This document shows positions 36,589-49,600 of a stretch of DNA of 64,000 nt, piece by piece. Location of the stretch: positions 57,288,001 to 57,352,000 of the forward strand of contig OZ286474.1 of the NCBI GenBank assembly GCA_965644265.1, written 5' to 3'. The translations under genes were made by a program, and so were the position numbers. This DNA comes from Glycera tridactyla (lineage: Eukaryota). Position 1 is the stretch's first letter; every line of letters starts with the position of its first letter. The notes below the pieces were generated by a model. That model did not search any database. It was given only the letters and a program-made list of their open reading frames with translations, and was not told the DNA's origin.

Positions 36589-37520
36589 AACGCCAACTAT
36601 ATCTGCATTTGTAAGGTGTATGATCGATTCTTTATCGGCGCGTGAATCTCTACCCCAGCCTTGTAAGTTCCATGATGCGATATGTTTTCAGGTATGAGGA
36701 ATCCAATTGTCATATACTTTTGAAGATTTTCAGGGTTTCAAGCAGTGGAAATTCAAAATGGTTATCTAAACTGTGACATAAGACAGTGACATAAAATTCT
36801 CGGCATCCTGATCAGCCTCAAGCTTCATGTGCATGGCTATACATAGACTGCAGTAATCATTTGAGAGAAAATATGGGTGCCTGTGAATCTCTCAGATGAG
36901 GAAGGTCTCTGGATGTGCTGGTGCCGTTTGGTATTAGCGATGATTCATTTCGTGCACATGACCACTGCATTGTAGTACATGCATGCTAATGCCGGCTTTA
37001 TATTCTTTCTGATGCATCATGAATGCACAGATAATAGCTTCACTACAGTTTTTGGTCATCTTTATCTTTCTGTGAACAGGTTCCTTTTTCTGTCTGGGGT
37101 TCGACCGCATGAATCAACCCAGAGAATTTTGTATGCCATGTGTTCTCAGTCAATGAAAGCTAGATGTCCTTTCCTCTGCAGACAGCACTTACACAATCCC
37201 TGAACACAAGATAATGGGGAACCTGAAAGTTTGTCAAGTGGAAGTAGCTGAAAGTTCAGGCACATCTTTGTGAACTAGAAGTTCTATGTGTTTGGACACA
37301 AACCTGTACGAAGATGGAAGTTCTCTGTTCGGTATGTGATGAGTTGATTCCATGACTTCGATGACATATTTACTGCATGACAGGGCAATCGGATTGGTAG
37401 CACATAGTTGAATCAGACATGTATCTTTCTGAGAGATTCACAGGCACCCATATTTTCTCTCAAATGATACCTGCAGTCTATGTATAGCCATGCACATGAA
37501 GCTTGAGGCTGATCAGGATG

Positions 37521-37698
37521 GTTGGCTGGTTGCTTGGTTGATTCTGGTTTAACGTCACGTCAGCACCATCTGGGCTATATTGTGACACCCATGCAATGGG
37601 CATGGGTGGGATCTTCCAAGACTCCTCCTTCTGGGTCCCCAGCAGAAAGGTGAAACGATATGAAAATCACGGACACACAATATGCCATTTCAGAGACC
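37521..37698 (-). mobile_element. 5'-truncated SINE/LINE 3' fragment (178 bp) with an 11-bp TSD
   Basis: TGATCAGGATG is duplicated at 37510-37520 and 37699-37709, and the partner arm has a single copy (CATCCTGATCA at ~36804). The minus strand ends GACGTTAAACC followed by a CAAC-type tail (CAACCAAGCAACCAGCCAAC). Confidence 0.8.
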
Positions 37699-40600
37699 TG
37701 ATCAGGATGCCGAGAATTGTATGTCACTGTCTTATGTCACAGTTTAGATAACCATTTTGAATTTTCACTGCTTAAAACCCTGAAAATCTTCAAAATTATA
37801 TGACATTTAGATTCCCCATACCTGAAAACATATATCTAGACACCAGAATCACTTAGCTATCATAATTAGTTCTTGAGATATATTCTGAAAACTAATTCCC
37901 TTACCTCGGCAGCCATCTTGGCGGCCATCTCGGATTTCTCAAAAAGCTCCAGGGTGAGATTTCAACACCCACTCGATTCTGAATCTGGGTACCCTAGAGA
38001 TAAAGAAAAGGCATTATTCACTATCCTAAGTTCAGTAGTCCAAAAATTATGAGGCATAATGTGAAAAAAAGCCGGAAATTGACGGCCATTTTGGATTTTG
38101 ACAGCCATTTTGAATTCTTTTCATCTCACACCTTGACACTCGAACTAAAATTGTTCTATAAACCATTACCTTTGAATCGGCACTGAAATACAAACTTTTG
38201 CATCAATCTGAAATGAAAACAATAAATTATACATGGATGGCCCCCACTATTACAGAGATGAGTCATTTACCTTTTAATCATCCTGCACCCAGGGAATGTA
38301 CAATTCATGACACTTTTCAACACACACCTGTTATCATGAATTCATATCATTATTATGGCTGAACGTTCGGATACATCCAACTGGTGGCTGATGGAGAACT
38401 GATGGCTAGTAGTTCCTGTGGATAATGTGTGTCCCTTCCGGTCATCGACTTTCTATATTGATGACCGAATCAATAGGCTGTTTACTGTTCGATCCTCAGC
38501 CTTGGACTATAGACAAGATGCACACAAAACTGAATAAGTCTCACTCGCGTTATATCCTGTTTTGCGCATTTGGATGCAATCAAATTGCCTGTTGTGATCA
38601 GTTCAGAATTGATAGAGTGTGGAACAGATGATGACGAATTTATGAATATCACGCTTTGAGAAACAAGTTATATCGACCATTGTTGGAAGTCCCCAGCCAG
38701 ATTTGAACAATCGACGGCAACATGCGGATGGGTGGAGGCATGATGTATATCTAGATCAGCAGTTGTTATCAGGAAACAAAGGATGGCAGTTAGACGCATA
38801 TCGGATGCATGGCGCCCTCTATTCAGTCGTTAATCACCTAACATCGCCCAACCAACACTACCGGTAATTGGTCCAAAATGACAGATGGAGGCCTGTCATC
38901 AAAACAAGCTTAGACACAATATCATCAATGTAGAACTGCGCCTTGTTCCTCTTTACACAAATGTGATTCACCTCATCAGGCCTTCCTCGACTAACACCAA
39001 CACATCCCTTTGACAAAGGGGAACTTGTCGCAGATAGAACATTTAGACCACTCTATTCACTCAAATGTCATCATCTCATACCAACAAATTTGGTATTTCC
39101 GATAATCAGAATTTGATCAAGCATGTTTTGCCATATCCAGGGTGAAATTACAGGCCGTTTGTTGGTAACATATCCTGTATTTTTTTCACTGAGAGGGACA
39201 TGATAACGATAATACTATTCTCTTGATTGGGTCGAAACCCTCATCCTTTGATCGAATGCCAACACATTCGTTCATTTCTGAATATCGAGGGAGACGTATT
39301 TGCTCAACAATATGATGAGACTCCATCATTACACCGACATATTTCTGCGTTTCCGTTTAACAGCATTTTGTTGAGCCACTTTTTCGAAAAACCGCGAGAT
39401 AAGTGTCGGCAGCCTATTCATATAGAATTCTGGTTGCATTTACCATTTAGCATGGCGATGTAGTTCATGGTGAAAGAAAGGAATTCCAGCGCTATCCACT
39501 TGAGATGATCAGCTGCCTGTTTCCTGCCTCGAAATTGGAAGCTGGGCTACATTGAGAAACCTATGAAATCGACATGTGTATTTTCAATCAAGACTCCTTC
39601 TCAGAGTCATAGGCGCAGATATGGATATTGGCCTCGGTGAATTACGGTACATTTTCTAGTAGGATACAATGAGTTGGCTATGACTCTCAAACGCTTGATT
39701 CAGCACCTGCATCATCATCAGCTCCATAATCTTTCAGTGATTACATGTAAAAACCTGTCCTGATTTGGCTCTCTGGAAAAAGTGGTCCACTATTTCGTCA
39801 GTGATGCAGTTTTGATATCTGGTATAAGAAAAAACCTTGACTATTACTTTATCAGTGAATATTTTCATGCACATCCCTTGAAATATGAGAACATTAACTG
39901 CGGATGACGTTGAACATAGCTCTGGAGTCATGAGTGGACAACGTAGACAAAACAGATAATGATATCAGAACGAAAAAGGATATCACAGAAGAAAATTGGG
40001 ACCTTCTTTTGCGAATACTCTTTCGGCTTTGAAGAAACCCAAGTTCATAATTTCTAGTAAACTATCCCTAAAATTTAGGAAACCATATTCCTTGAGGGGA
40101 ACTTGTGACTGCTGAAATGGGAGAAATAAGACAAATAATTTTATTTCAATGCTGCATATCGTCGCCAGGCGATAAGAAAGGCCTAAGTGACACTGGTGCT
40201 ATCGTGATATTATACAAGCTGTTGACAAACCAACCAATACAAATGTGTCCGATAACATGTTTCCACTGAACTGCCTCACCCCATTTCTGTTTTATATAGT
40301 AGTTAAACACTAGATATATCAATCATACAAATAATATGAACCTGTAGGCACCACTCATAATGTTCTGTCGGAGAGATGCCTCTTTTATCCTATCCATCAT
40401 TAAAACTCAAGATCTGCTCCTTCCCCATAATATTGGTACAGGAAGATCGTGAAATTTTGAAGATTTCGAAAGTGTCACTACAGATCAGTCATACTCGCAT
40501 AGGCTTCATGTGGGAACGGGTCAAATCCATGCCATTCAAGACAACGCCTATCCAGTCTCAAAAATGAGATATCGTTTTTCTGGTTGGATGTTCGAGTTAC

Positions 40601-43600
40601 AATTGAGTATTCGGCATTGACCATGAAAAAAATACCGATCAGCAGTGCCGGAGATCAAAACGATCTGTAGGACTCTGAAAGTAGTTCACATGTCTGTCGA
40701 TGAAATGCGTATCTGTCGTTGATAGGTCGAGAAGCAACAGGGGTTGAATGTGCTATTACCGCTTACCCTTGGTAAAAAAAGACAAACATATGGTGACCGT
40801 AAAATAGATATCAGGCAGTTACTCTCTGATAATCGTTACGGCCCAGGCGGGATGATCTCATCTGATCGCCTCGCCGCACACGGCCCCTATCATGCACCAC
40901 GTATGGGCAGGCCAAGGACAACACACNNNNNNNNNNNNNNNNNNNNNNNNNNNNNNNNNNNNNNNNNNNNNNNNNNNNNNNNNNNNNNNNNNNNNNNNNN
41001 NNNNNNNNNNNNNNNNNNNNNNNNNNNNNNNNNNNNNNNNNNNNNNNNNNNNNNNNNNATCTATCTTTCGATCTATCAATCCATCTATCCACCTATCCAC
41101 CTATCCGGCTGTCTGTTTGTCTGAAATGTGGGGAGCTTAGATAACCTTCGACTCACGCCAGACCAGCGGACATTTGTCGAGGCAGCATGTCTGATTTCCT
41201 GGTAAACAACTTGTCCTAATCATATGACCCATACCAGCCTACTACTAATATCGCCTGGAGCCTAACCTCCCAGACACAGCCGATTTATCATCGATTTTGC
41301 CGACCAGGCCAACCATATTCGTATGCATAGTAATATGGATTTAGCTCAATTTATGGTCATCCTATAAGCAATAAAATAGTGCATGGTATTGTCTCACGTT
41401 CCGGTGCCATACCGAGCTCATCAGAACACATTGAATGTTGTATTGGCGATTGATACTCCGTGAATCTTTCAAAGAGCAGAGGTGATGAATTTGGATCCTT
41501 ACTTGAAATTAGGAGTATACGTGGGCAGTGTCACAACATGCCTGTCAGATTGGAGTCATTTCCACTCATTTAGGAACGATACCAGGAGATCACTTTCATG
41601 CCTCTCGGATTCCAACTTCTGAAAAAGGCCAGCGCTTCTCATGACATGTGCCCAGCACACGGATTCTCGATACTCACGTGATTCAGATCATGAATGGCAA
41701 AAATAGAATGCCATTGTTGTGTTTCAGCAGAAACATGTTTGCTTCTGCTGACAAAAAGCTATCAAACTGATCAAACATTCGTGAAAGCGTCGACTGATGT
41801 TCGCCTTAATGTAGGACAGTTTCCATCCAGCTTTGGCGTCAGATCACGGACTGGGTTGAGTCATGTTTAATCTGAAAGCGAAGTGTGGTAAACAACATGA
41901 AATTGATCTGCAGTAACGCCCCCGGATATAATAACTAGACGTTTTATCTGGCAAATATGGAGCAGCACATCTGTTTCAGTTTGTACGCGCTCATGCTCAG
42001 TTGCAATGGCGAGCACAGCTCCTACTTTGGTCAGTGACCTGGCTTTTTGGGATCAGGATCTCAACATTATTTTTGCTACACTTGCTTGATTTTCTATGTG
42101 ATAATGTGGTATGTGATATCATTTGAGATTCTCCCGAACTGGGGAGTAATGCCTGGACTCGAGTCGCCAATAGGTAGATTACAGATCTTTTGAGAGACGT
42201 ACTGAGAAGATAGGGGTTATATTGTTTTGAGGCGATGAATGCACACGTTTTACTCTGGGGCCATAGGTCTAGGGTATATAATCTCTAATCAATTACCCAC
42301 TAGCCATTGTTCAAGTGATAGCTGCATCTGAGCTCCATATCATCTTTGGGATGTGGTTCTGTTATTCATCAAAGCCTGGATGTAATTACCTCAACAGCCG
42401 TCACATGCTCTACGTCGAAGCCTCAATGTTTTTTGTAATATCGAATACAATTCAAGTTCATGATGTACGATAATCCGGAAAAAAATTTAAAAGTTTGATG
42501 TACCAATTGAAACGCAAATGGAAGATATCATAATTCACTCAACTCTCGACAAATGACGTCGCGTCTATATTTTTTTCACATGTAAGATTGGCAAAATAAT
42601 CAGAAGTATGGATTTCAAGGACCTGTTCCTTACAGGCCCTCCAGAGGGGGCTCTTGCAGCTCTACCTAAATACTGATATACTGTCTCTCGGTAGAAGGTT
42701 CCATTCACGTATGGTCCTGGGAAAGTATGAATTCATGTAGGCTTGGGTATTTGTGATGGTATGCCTATAGGTAACGGTTTGTCGTGTTATTATCTCGTAG
42801 TGGTAACCCCAACAAAAACTATAAAGCAGTTTCATTGAACTACACTACCAGCCACCCTCTACCTATGACCTCTTACACACTCCGCATTTCATCTCTGCCA
42901 CCCCCTGCATTTTCCCCTGCATATGGGCGACCAGTCTTCTTCTTGAAGACATTTCTTGTTTTCGTTGAGTTAAACCAATATCAAAGCCGTTTGGTATTAG
43001 CCAATCATGCTCGGCTATCACAGAGACATTCGAGGAGGCATTCAAACCATCACATCGGATTGCTTTAATGGTTCAAAATTCAATTTACCTATCAAAATAT
43101 CTGGAGGGGTTGATATCCAAATCATTTGCCTCTTTCATTCTCTTCCTACTTTGGTCTTGGTTGCTTTCGGCCGAAAATGAAACGCATGGTGCCTCGGGTC
43201 TGCAGTTCTAACGTCCCTGATTTCCAGACGGGAGTGACCGCCGATGGAGAGACAGCATAGTGTCATCAATATTGTTTGCTCCGGGCGCCTAATTGAGTCA
43301 TAACTGATAATAATCACCATGGCAACGCATGACCTATTACGCAATGTGCCTTCAGTGAGTGTCTGCCATCGAAGTTAGGGGCGCATCTCACTAAAACGTG
43401 GGTACAGTATGCAGGTTTCGCACCCGTCTTGGACACTGAGTAGCTCTAAACGCTACGTGAATGCGTCAGAGGGAGCCTATCCCTGATGACGCAATACTGG
43501 TGCGTGACGTCACCGTCAAATAGCGGATCGTAACATGGGGAGAAGAGTGTTCTCACACGATGACAACGTTGGCTGGTCGAATACAATCCAATGTCATATG

Positions 43601-46600
43601 AGCCACGTGATTGATGTATTGTAGGACCCTTGTGATGGGCCTGGGTGGTGCTATTCGAGGCTGTTTCTCCCATGTCACAGATTGAAGATGAACTAATATT
43701 AATGGCAGGACGTCAAAGATAAAAAGTCACAAACATGAGTGATTATATACAGCTCAGATAGGTCAACAATTGCAACACACGTTTCAGGGTGGTGGTGAAG
43801 TTCCTTATGATAGTTTGAATCATTATTTCCAAATTGGTTACATCAATATTGGAGCATATGAAATATAAAAAAAGATCTTCCTAATTCAACAACATGGCAT
43901 ACCCTCTTGCATGGGAAGGATACAGATATGTTCCGTTGAAGATGTCTTCTGGCATACCCGTCGAGAAAAAACAGTGTATCATTTACAATGTTTGGAACAT
44001 ACGTTTTAAGTAATATATGTCTCCAGCAAGAGCAGTGACAACCAACACTACATTATTACGGGCTTCGTCCCAGTGACACATACAAACCTAGTCACACTAG
44101 ATAGACGGTGGATGATGTTTTTTCCTAAAAAATCTCAACATTTCAAATTCGACTTTCATTCTTTGAACCCCATCTCTCTTTACGGTATGCCACATCTTGC
44201 TGAAAGATGTTTCTGTGTGCAACCCTGTCGGTGTTATTCAGCCCTTCCCTACGCCAGTGGCTCATGATGTATGAACGTAATAACGCCAAATCCTATGACG
44301 TCATTACTCAGCGATTATTGGTTATTAACTCTTGCCAACCAACCCCAGCACCTACTTTTGACAATCTGTTGAACTTTCCATAGTCCTGAATAAAAAAAAA
44401 ATGTAAGGCGTCATTATAGTCCTGTTCAACATTCTTTTGCAAAGATTCGATGTGATTGATTTGATATATACTACAAATAGCACCCAAACATATCTATCCT
44501 TTAGCTGAAATATCACATGCCCACAGAGACTATCACTGTTTCGAACGGAGAAGGTCCATATCATTACATGTGCATGCAGATAATATGAATCATATTAACA
44601 TATTCACTAGTTCGAAATCATCAAATCAGTTACTAGTCTGAAAAATGAAAATAGAATGTTTGCCTCGCCGAAAAAAAGAAATTATCAAGNNNNNNNNNNN
44701 NNNNNNNNNNNNNNNNNNNNNNNNNNNNNNNNNNNNNNNNNNNNNNNNNNNNNNNNNNNNNNNNNNNNNNNNNNNNNNNNNNNNNNNNNNNNNNNNNNNN
44801 NNNNNNNNNNNNNNNNNNNNNNNNNNNNNNNNNNNNNNNNNNNNNNNNNTCAGGTGAGTGCCCATGTGACTTTTATAGTTGTTACAAGACACTGTGAATT
44901 TTTACCAAGGCAAGTACCAAACTTTCTTCAGACACCTACTAACGTTCTTCAACGATCCATGGTACGAGGAATTCCTGGATGCTGCGCCAAAGGGCAGCAA
45001 CAATAACCATTAGTCTTTGCAGCAAACAAAGGTTTTGATCATCGATGTCAGTTCAAGCCTATATTTAGCATCAATTATCAGATGTAATTGTCCTTTATCA
45101 CTCATTTACCGATATCGCCGCAACTGGTCAATTTGAGTTGTGATTATTGCCGCCAGCATCACTATAATTAGGTGGGAGCTATTCCCATTATTTGCATATA
45201 TCGTCTCGATAAGAGCTTCACATTTGATATGATACCACGCTCGGGTGTCATCATAAATATAGTGATATTTCTTCTGTTAGTCAACAAAGCTGTCCCACAC
45301 GCCAGGATCATGGTTCGTTTCAGCTCTCGATCTCGGTTCCTCTCCCTCTCTGCTCCTCATTTTTTTGTGGTCGTGCTCTCATGCTTTATCGCCACCCCTT
45401 CTCTGCTCTGCGTCATTCTTTTCTCTCGAGAAGATCCGCAAGGCGTGCACATCCCTGTGGATTGATACGAGCCGATAAAGGCAAATCACACAATCATAAA
45501 ATCAGAGAATGATTCAAAAAGACAAAAAATCGATTGATGGACCAAAAAATCGAGCAATTTTTAAAGTAGCTGTTTCGTGTGAAGTAAGAGGAATGTTCGA
45601 AGTCACTGGTTATATAGAGAACGTTGAAATGGAGAACAACTCAGTAAGTAGACTGCATCAGTGGCTTGGCGTGAGCGGCAGGGGAATCTTCCGGATTAGA
45701 TCATGCTAACAAAGCTGAATAATGTGAATATAAACTTAAATATTCACATTATTGCTTAGAGACGACTCTGTCCAATGGAGAAAACCAGAGATACTTTCGT
45801 TAGAAAATATCTCCTTCGCAGCGACTATACAGTGTCCTGGCGGTGTAATCTCAACGAATTTCGTTGCGCTCCTCAGTTTTGTTGCAGTCCTATTTGCATA
45901 TCGTCCTAGGTAGTATCCAATAGGACGGCGGACACCATCTTATGAATATGCAAAAGGCTGCTGAAGCGCTGCGGCTGTTTTCTTTACGAAAGCCGGACTA
46001 TAGTCTGTTCATTCATATTTGTGAGTCACTTGACTACACGAAAAATTGATTGATCCACATCTCCACTACCTTCTCCTTCTTTTCCCCACAATGTTCAATC
46101 TATATTATCTCACTCAGCATATCTGGCTGGACTTCTTGAGGGTTCATATTCTCTACAGGATCTCAAGTCCCGTCAAAATGGATGAAAGACAATCTCAAGA
46201 GATGTCATCAGAAGTCCATTGTACAGGCACCTTATGATAGTACTCTTCCGGCTGATGTCGGACTGAACTACAAAAAAGAACGTGATTCCCGGCATCCGCT
46301 TCCACCCAAAATTTACATGATTTTTCATCATGCATTATTAGACATCTTTTCCAGCGCGCACTTACCCATAAGTTTCCCACTCTCAACCTCTTTTCCCTTC
46401 ATGTCCACATTCCATTCTCAAACGCAAACTGGCACTGAAAATTCTTTAATTTTTGCACACCATCATCATGAGTATATATGAAAACGATGCGAATACGAAG
46501 AGGTACTCCATCTCAGAACGTTGAACAAAGGTTATTTGTTGATGATCATCTTTCCACTTCATGTTTGTGAGCTGATCGATACTTTACGGCCTCTCCAATT

Positions 46601-49600
46601 ATTACTGTAGCAATATATCATGTTTCCATGTCAGTAACCTTCCACATCATCAATCACCATCTCTAGTCCTATGCATGCAGCCACCGACCCACCTACGTTG
46701 GTCTCAGTTTTCAATGTGGTTTCGCTTGTGGCTGATGTGTGTGGACTCGATATAGAAGTTTCAGGTTATGTAGGTGTGGCCCACGCCCACAATGACAGGG
46801 AACCGATTAGGAATTTCATACATGACGACTCATGGTCGTTAACATGATGTCCACATTGATCGATTGATTACCAGGGCAATAATCAACTTATCATCGTCCC
46901 AGACAGCATGATATGAGACAAGAAGGATAGGTCGATTCTCAGATATATTTTGAAAACAATCCACGTGCTGTGAGACACTATATCACATGTGCTTTAATTC
47001 ATGTTCTGTTGCTACCGCTTCTGTCTTGGTTGTGTGGTCCTGCTGTGGAGGAAGGCTGGCGTCGGACAAAATGGGCATTCATGTGAAAGAGGTCTTCCCC
47101 CACTTTTTTTCTCGTGAAATCCCAGACTGGGTATTTTCTCCGCACGTGACAAACCTAACTTTTTTGCGGGACCTGGTGTAGGACTAAATTTTCATGGCCA
47201 ATCATATATGACAGAAATAGATCGTCACATCGGTGAGATTTGGGCATATCCCAGGGTGTAGTGCCCAATGCTACAATGTTCTATAAGAATAAATACAGGG
47301 TTTTAGGGTTCCACCTGACTTCAACAAACTGTAGACATATATTATCCTGTGCGATATGCAGTAGCTAGTCGCGTGAAACTCATCAAACTATACAGGGTGG
47401 TATTAGACTTGTCGGAAGTCATATCATGAAGATGTTGGGGGGGGGGCATTCCGTGAGAACATCTTCATTTGAGACCATGCAGGTGATACATCAATGGATA
47501 GAGACCATTTTGGCAGATGAAAATTTACGGAGCATTCCTATGTGTATAAATTATTGAGAACGCGAGAAAGGGCACCCGAGGAAAAGGTGGTGGATTTGTC
47601 CATATCACAGTATGTATCATGTATTATCGACTCTTCAGCTTGTCATATACTATAACTGATGTCCACTGGGCCTCATTCTGACACACTTAGAGTGTCACAA
47701 ATGGCAGACATGTTTCACACCAGCCACCTATTCGTGAACCTTTTCCTGATTCGTTATTCCGAATAGCTACTTCAACATGCCTGAGGCATGTACATTCTTC
47801 GCCAGGCATGAATAGCTACTACCCGGTTGATAGAGAACCTCGATACTGATTGGAGACCGATGCTGTTATTCCACAGAAAATTCATCTTGCCTCGAGTATG
47901 AAGCCCCCTGAGTTTGGGTTCATGAAATTCTCCACGAACATCATTTTTCGGCTGTAGCCCTGGTTTGGATGAAAGATTAGGAAATGGAAAAAACACTGGA
48001 CATTTGCGAAATTCCAGCTATCATATCGAATGCAATAATAATTAGTAACACAGCATCATGACCTATCCGACCAATCTTCGATTATCCATCATTATGAAGC
48101 AAGAAGAGGGGCCAAAATTTATCAGTCCTCATCCTGATGTTTGTGATATAAGTACAATTGCATCATACAATCGAACGCAATTAGGAACAAGTAAAGTACT
48201 ATGTCTTTGATATTGAATCTGCAGTGAGTTTTTCGCCTGTTAGATACAGCAAGAATCAAGCTTGCATATGCATACACACAATACAAGCACAGACAATCGC
48301 AATTGCATGCACACACACATTGGGAAGAGTCTTGAGTTGTGCAGCACATCCTAACACCATCATTCATTATTTTGTACTGATGAGCATTTATATGATCCGT
48401 AAGATATGACTCACAGACATCAAGTTAGATGAGACCAGCATATGTGAGAGCCGACAGTGAAATATGTGCAATGCTGATCTGGTGTTTAATCAGAATAGCT
48501 ACAATTTCTCCTCAAATCGTAGCGTGATAATTGGGATTGGTCCAATGGATGGATTTTGTCAGACCAAAGAATTTTTCGATCTGCCGCTGTAGCTCACTGA
48601 TCAAGATTGGCATGCATGCCTGATTCCATTGGGTTGGATTAATGACACTAGTTTGTTCTGCTCTAATCTTCAACCTTTCACTCCGCTCAACAGTAGAATA
48701 TGATTATTCCAGGCAGCAGCAATAGAACCACAAATATATATATGGAAGTGCATCAGATGAAGAATAATGAAAGAACGACGTTAGATGTTGGTTGCCATTC
48801 CTCTTTTCCTATATGAAAGAGATAAAAGGATTGATGAGATTGAGAAATAACTTGATGGCTAGGGAGATGACCGGATGGAAACATGGATCGGTTGGATCGA
48901 TTGAAGGGATTGAGGGATGGGTAAAAGGTCACATGGGTGGATATATAGAAGGACAGATGGACAGATTGACGGAAAGACTGACAGACAGACAGACATACAG
49001 ATTGATAAAGAGAANNNNNNNNNNNNNNNNNNNNNNNNNNNNNNNNNNNNNNNNNNNNNNNNNNNNNNNNNNNNNNNNNNNNNNNNNNNNNNNNNNNNNN
49101 NNNNNNNNNNNNNNNNNNNNNNNNNNNNNNNNNNNNNNNNNNNNNNNNNNNNNNNNNNNNNNNNNNNNNNNNNNNNNTAGAAAGATAGAGAAATATATAG
49201 GCATATATGGATAGTGCTCTCAAGTTGTGAATAAGATCGTGCCCCACCTCCGAGTAAGCCGGCACAGCGCACTTGCTCTCGAGGACTATATCCATATAGA
49301 TAGCCCAATGAGAAAGTATGTTAGTTGTCCGGATAATGAAAATATGTTTCACTAAGTACATAGGTCAACTCCGAAATCCATCAAATTGTTCGGCCTCCAA
49401 AATGATCGATACCGATGACATATCCTCTCCTCGAAAGATCCTGAATCCGTTCCCCGGAAGTCACTGGTGCATAGCCGTCATGAAATCGGTGAATACCGGT
49501 ATTTTGTGGTAATGCAACCTGATATACGAATCAGATATAGCCAATGAATTCTCACAAACTTGGCAAAGTAAGTGATATGACTCACCCATCAGAATATTGA

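Larger units (their letters stand above)
33706..36678 (-). mobile_element. APE-type non-LTR retrotransposon (RTEX-like, clade tentative), 5'-truncated, RT core deleted
   Basis: Endonuclease ORF, RT thumb/C-terminal ORF, 3'UTR and tandem tail are collinear. Host-arm sequence resumes across the insertion (CTGGTGTATAGATAT | GATATGTTTTCAGG) with a short 3-5-bp TSD. Confidence 0.9.
33296..38249. mobile_element. Non-autonomous long-TIR (foldback-like) DNA element, probably Academ-derived; ~1.8 kb before two nested insertions
   Basis: Begins TAGTGGGGGGCC (33296) and ends GGCCCCCACTA (38249), with TTA on both sides (33293-33295, 38250-38252). The left arm (33296-33705 + 36679-36896) is the reverse complement of the right arm (37428-37520 + 37710-38249). 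The spacer is 36897-37427. Confidence 0.85.
226..49177. other. Assembly gaps (N-runs) at 226-449, 3112-3324, 31543-31851, 32175-32472, 40927-41058, 44690-44849 and 49015-49177
   Basis: Direct read. Most gaps abut microsatellites. Confidence 0.99.

Noticed and set aside
43150-43700. CpG-richer stretch with a TGACGTCA site, as a putative promoter
   Set aside because: CpG is not clearly depleted elsewhere in the window, and no linked gene start was found.
47773-47793. p53-like palindrome CAACATGCCT-G-AGGCATGTAC
   Set aside because: Each half-site has a mismatch, and a match of this quality is expected by chance at this window size.
208-49361. ORFs in the track containing long X runs
   Set aside because: They only read through assembly N-runs.
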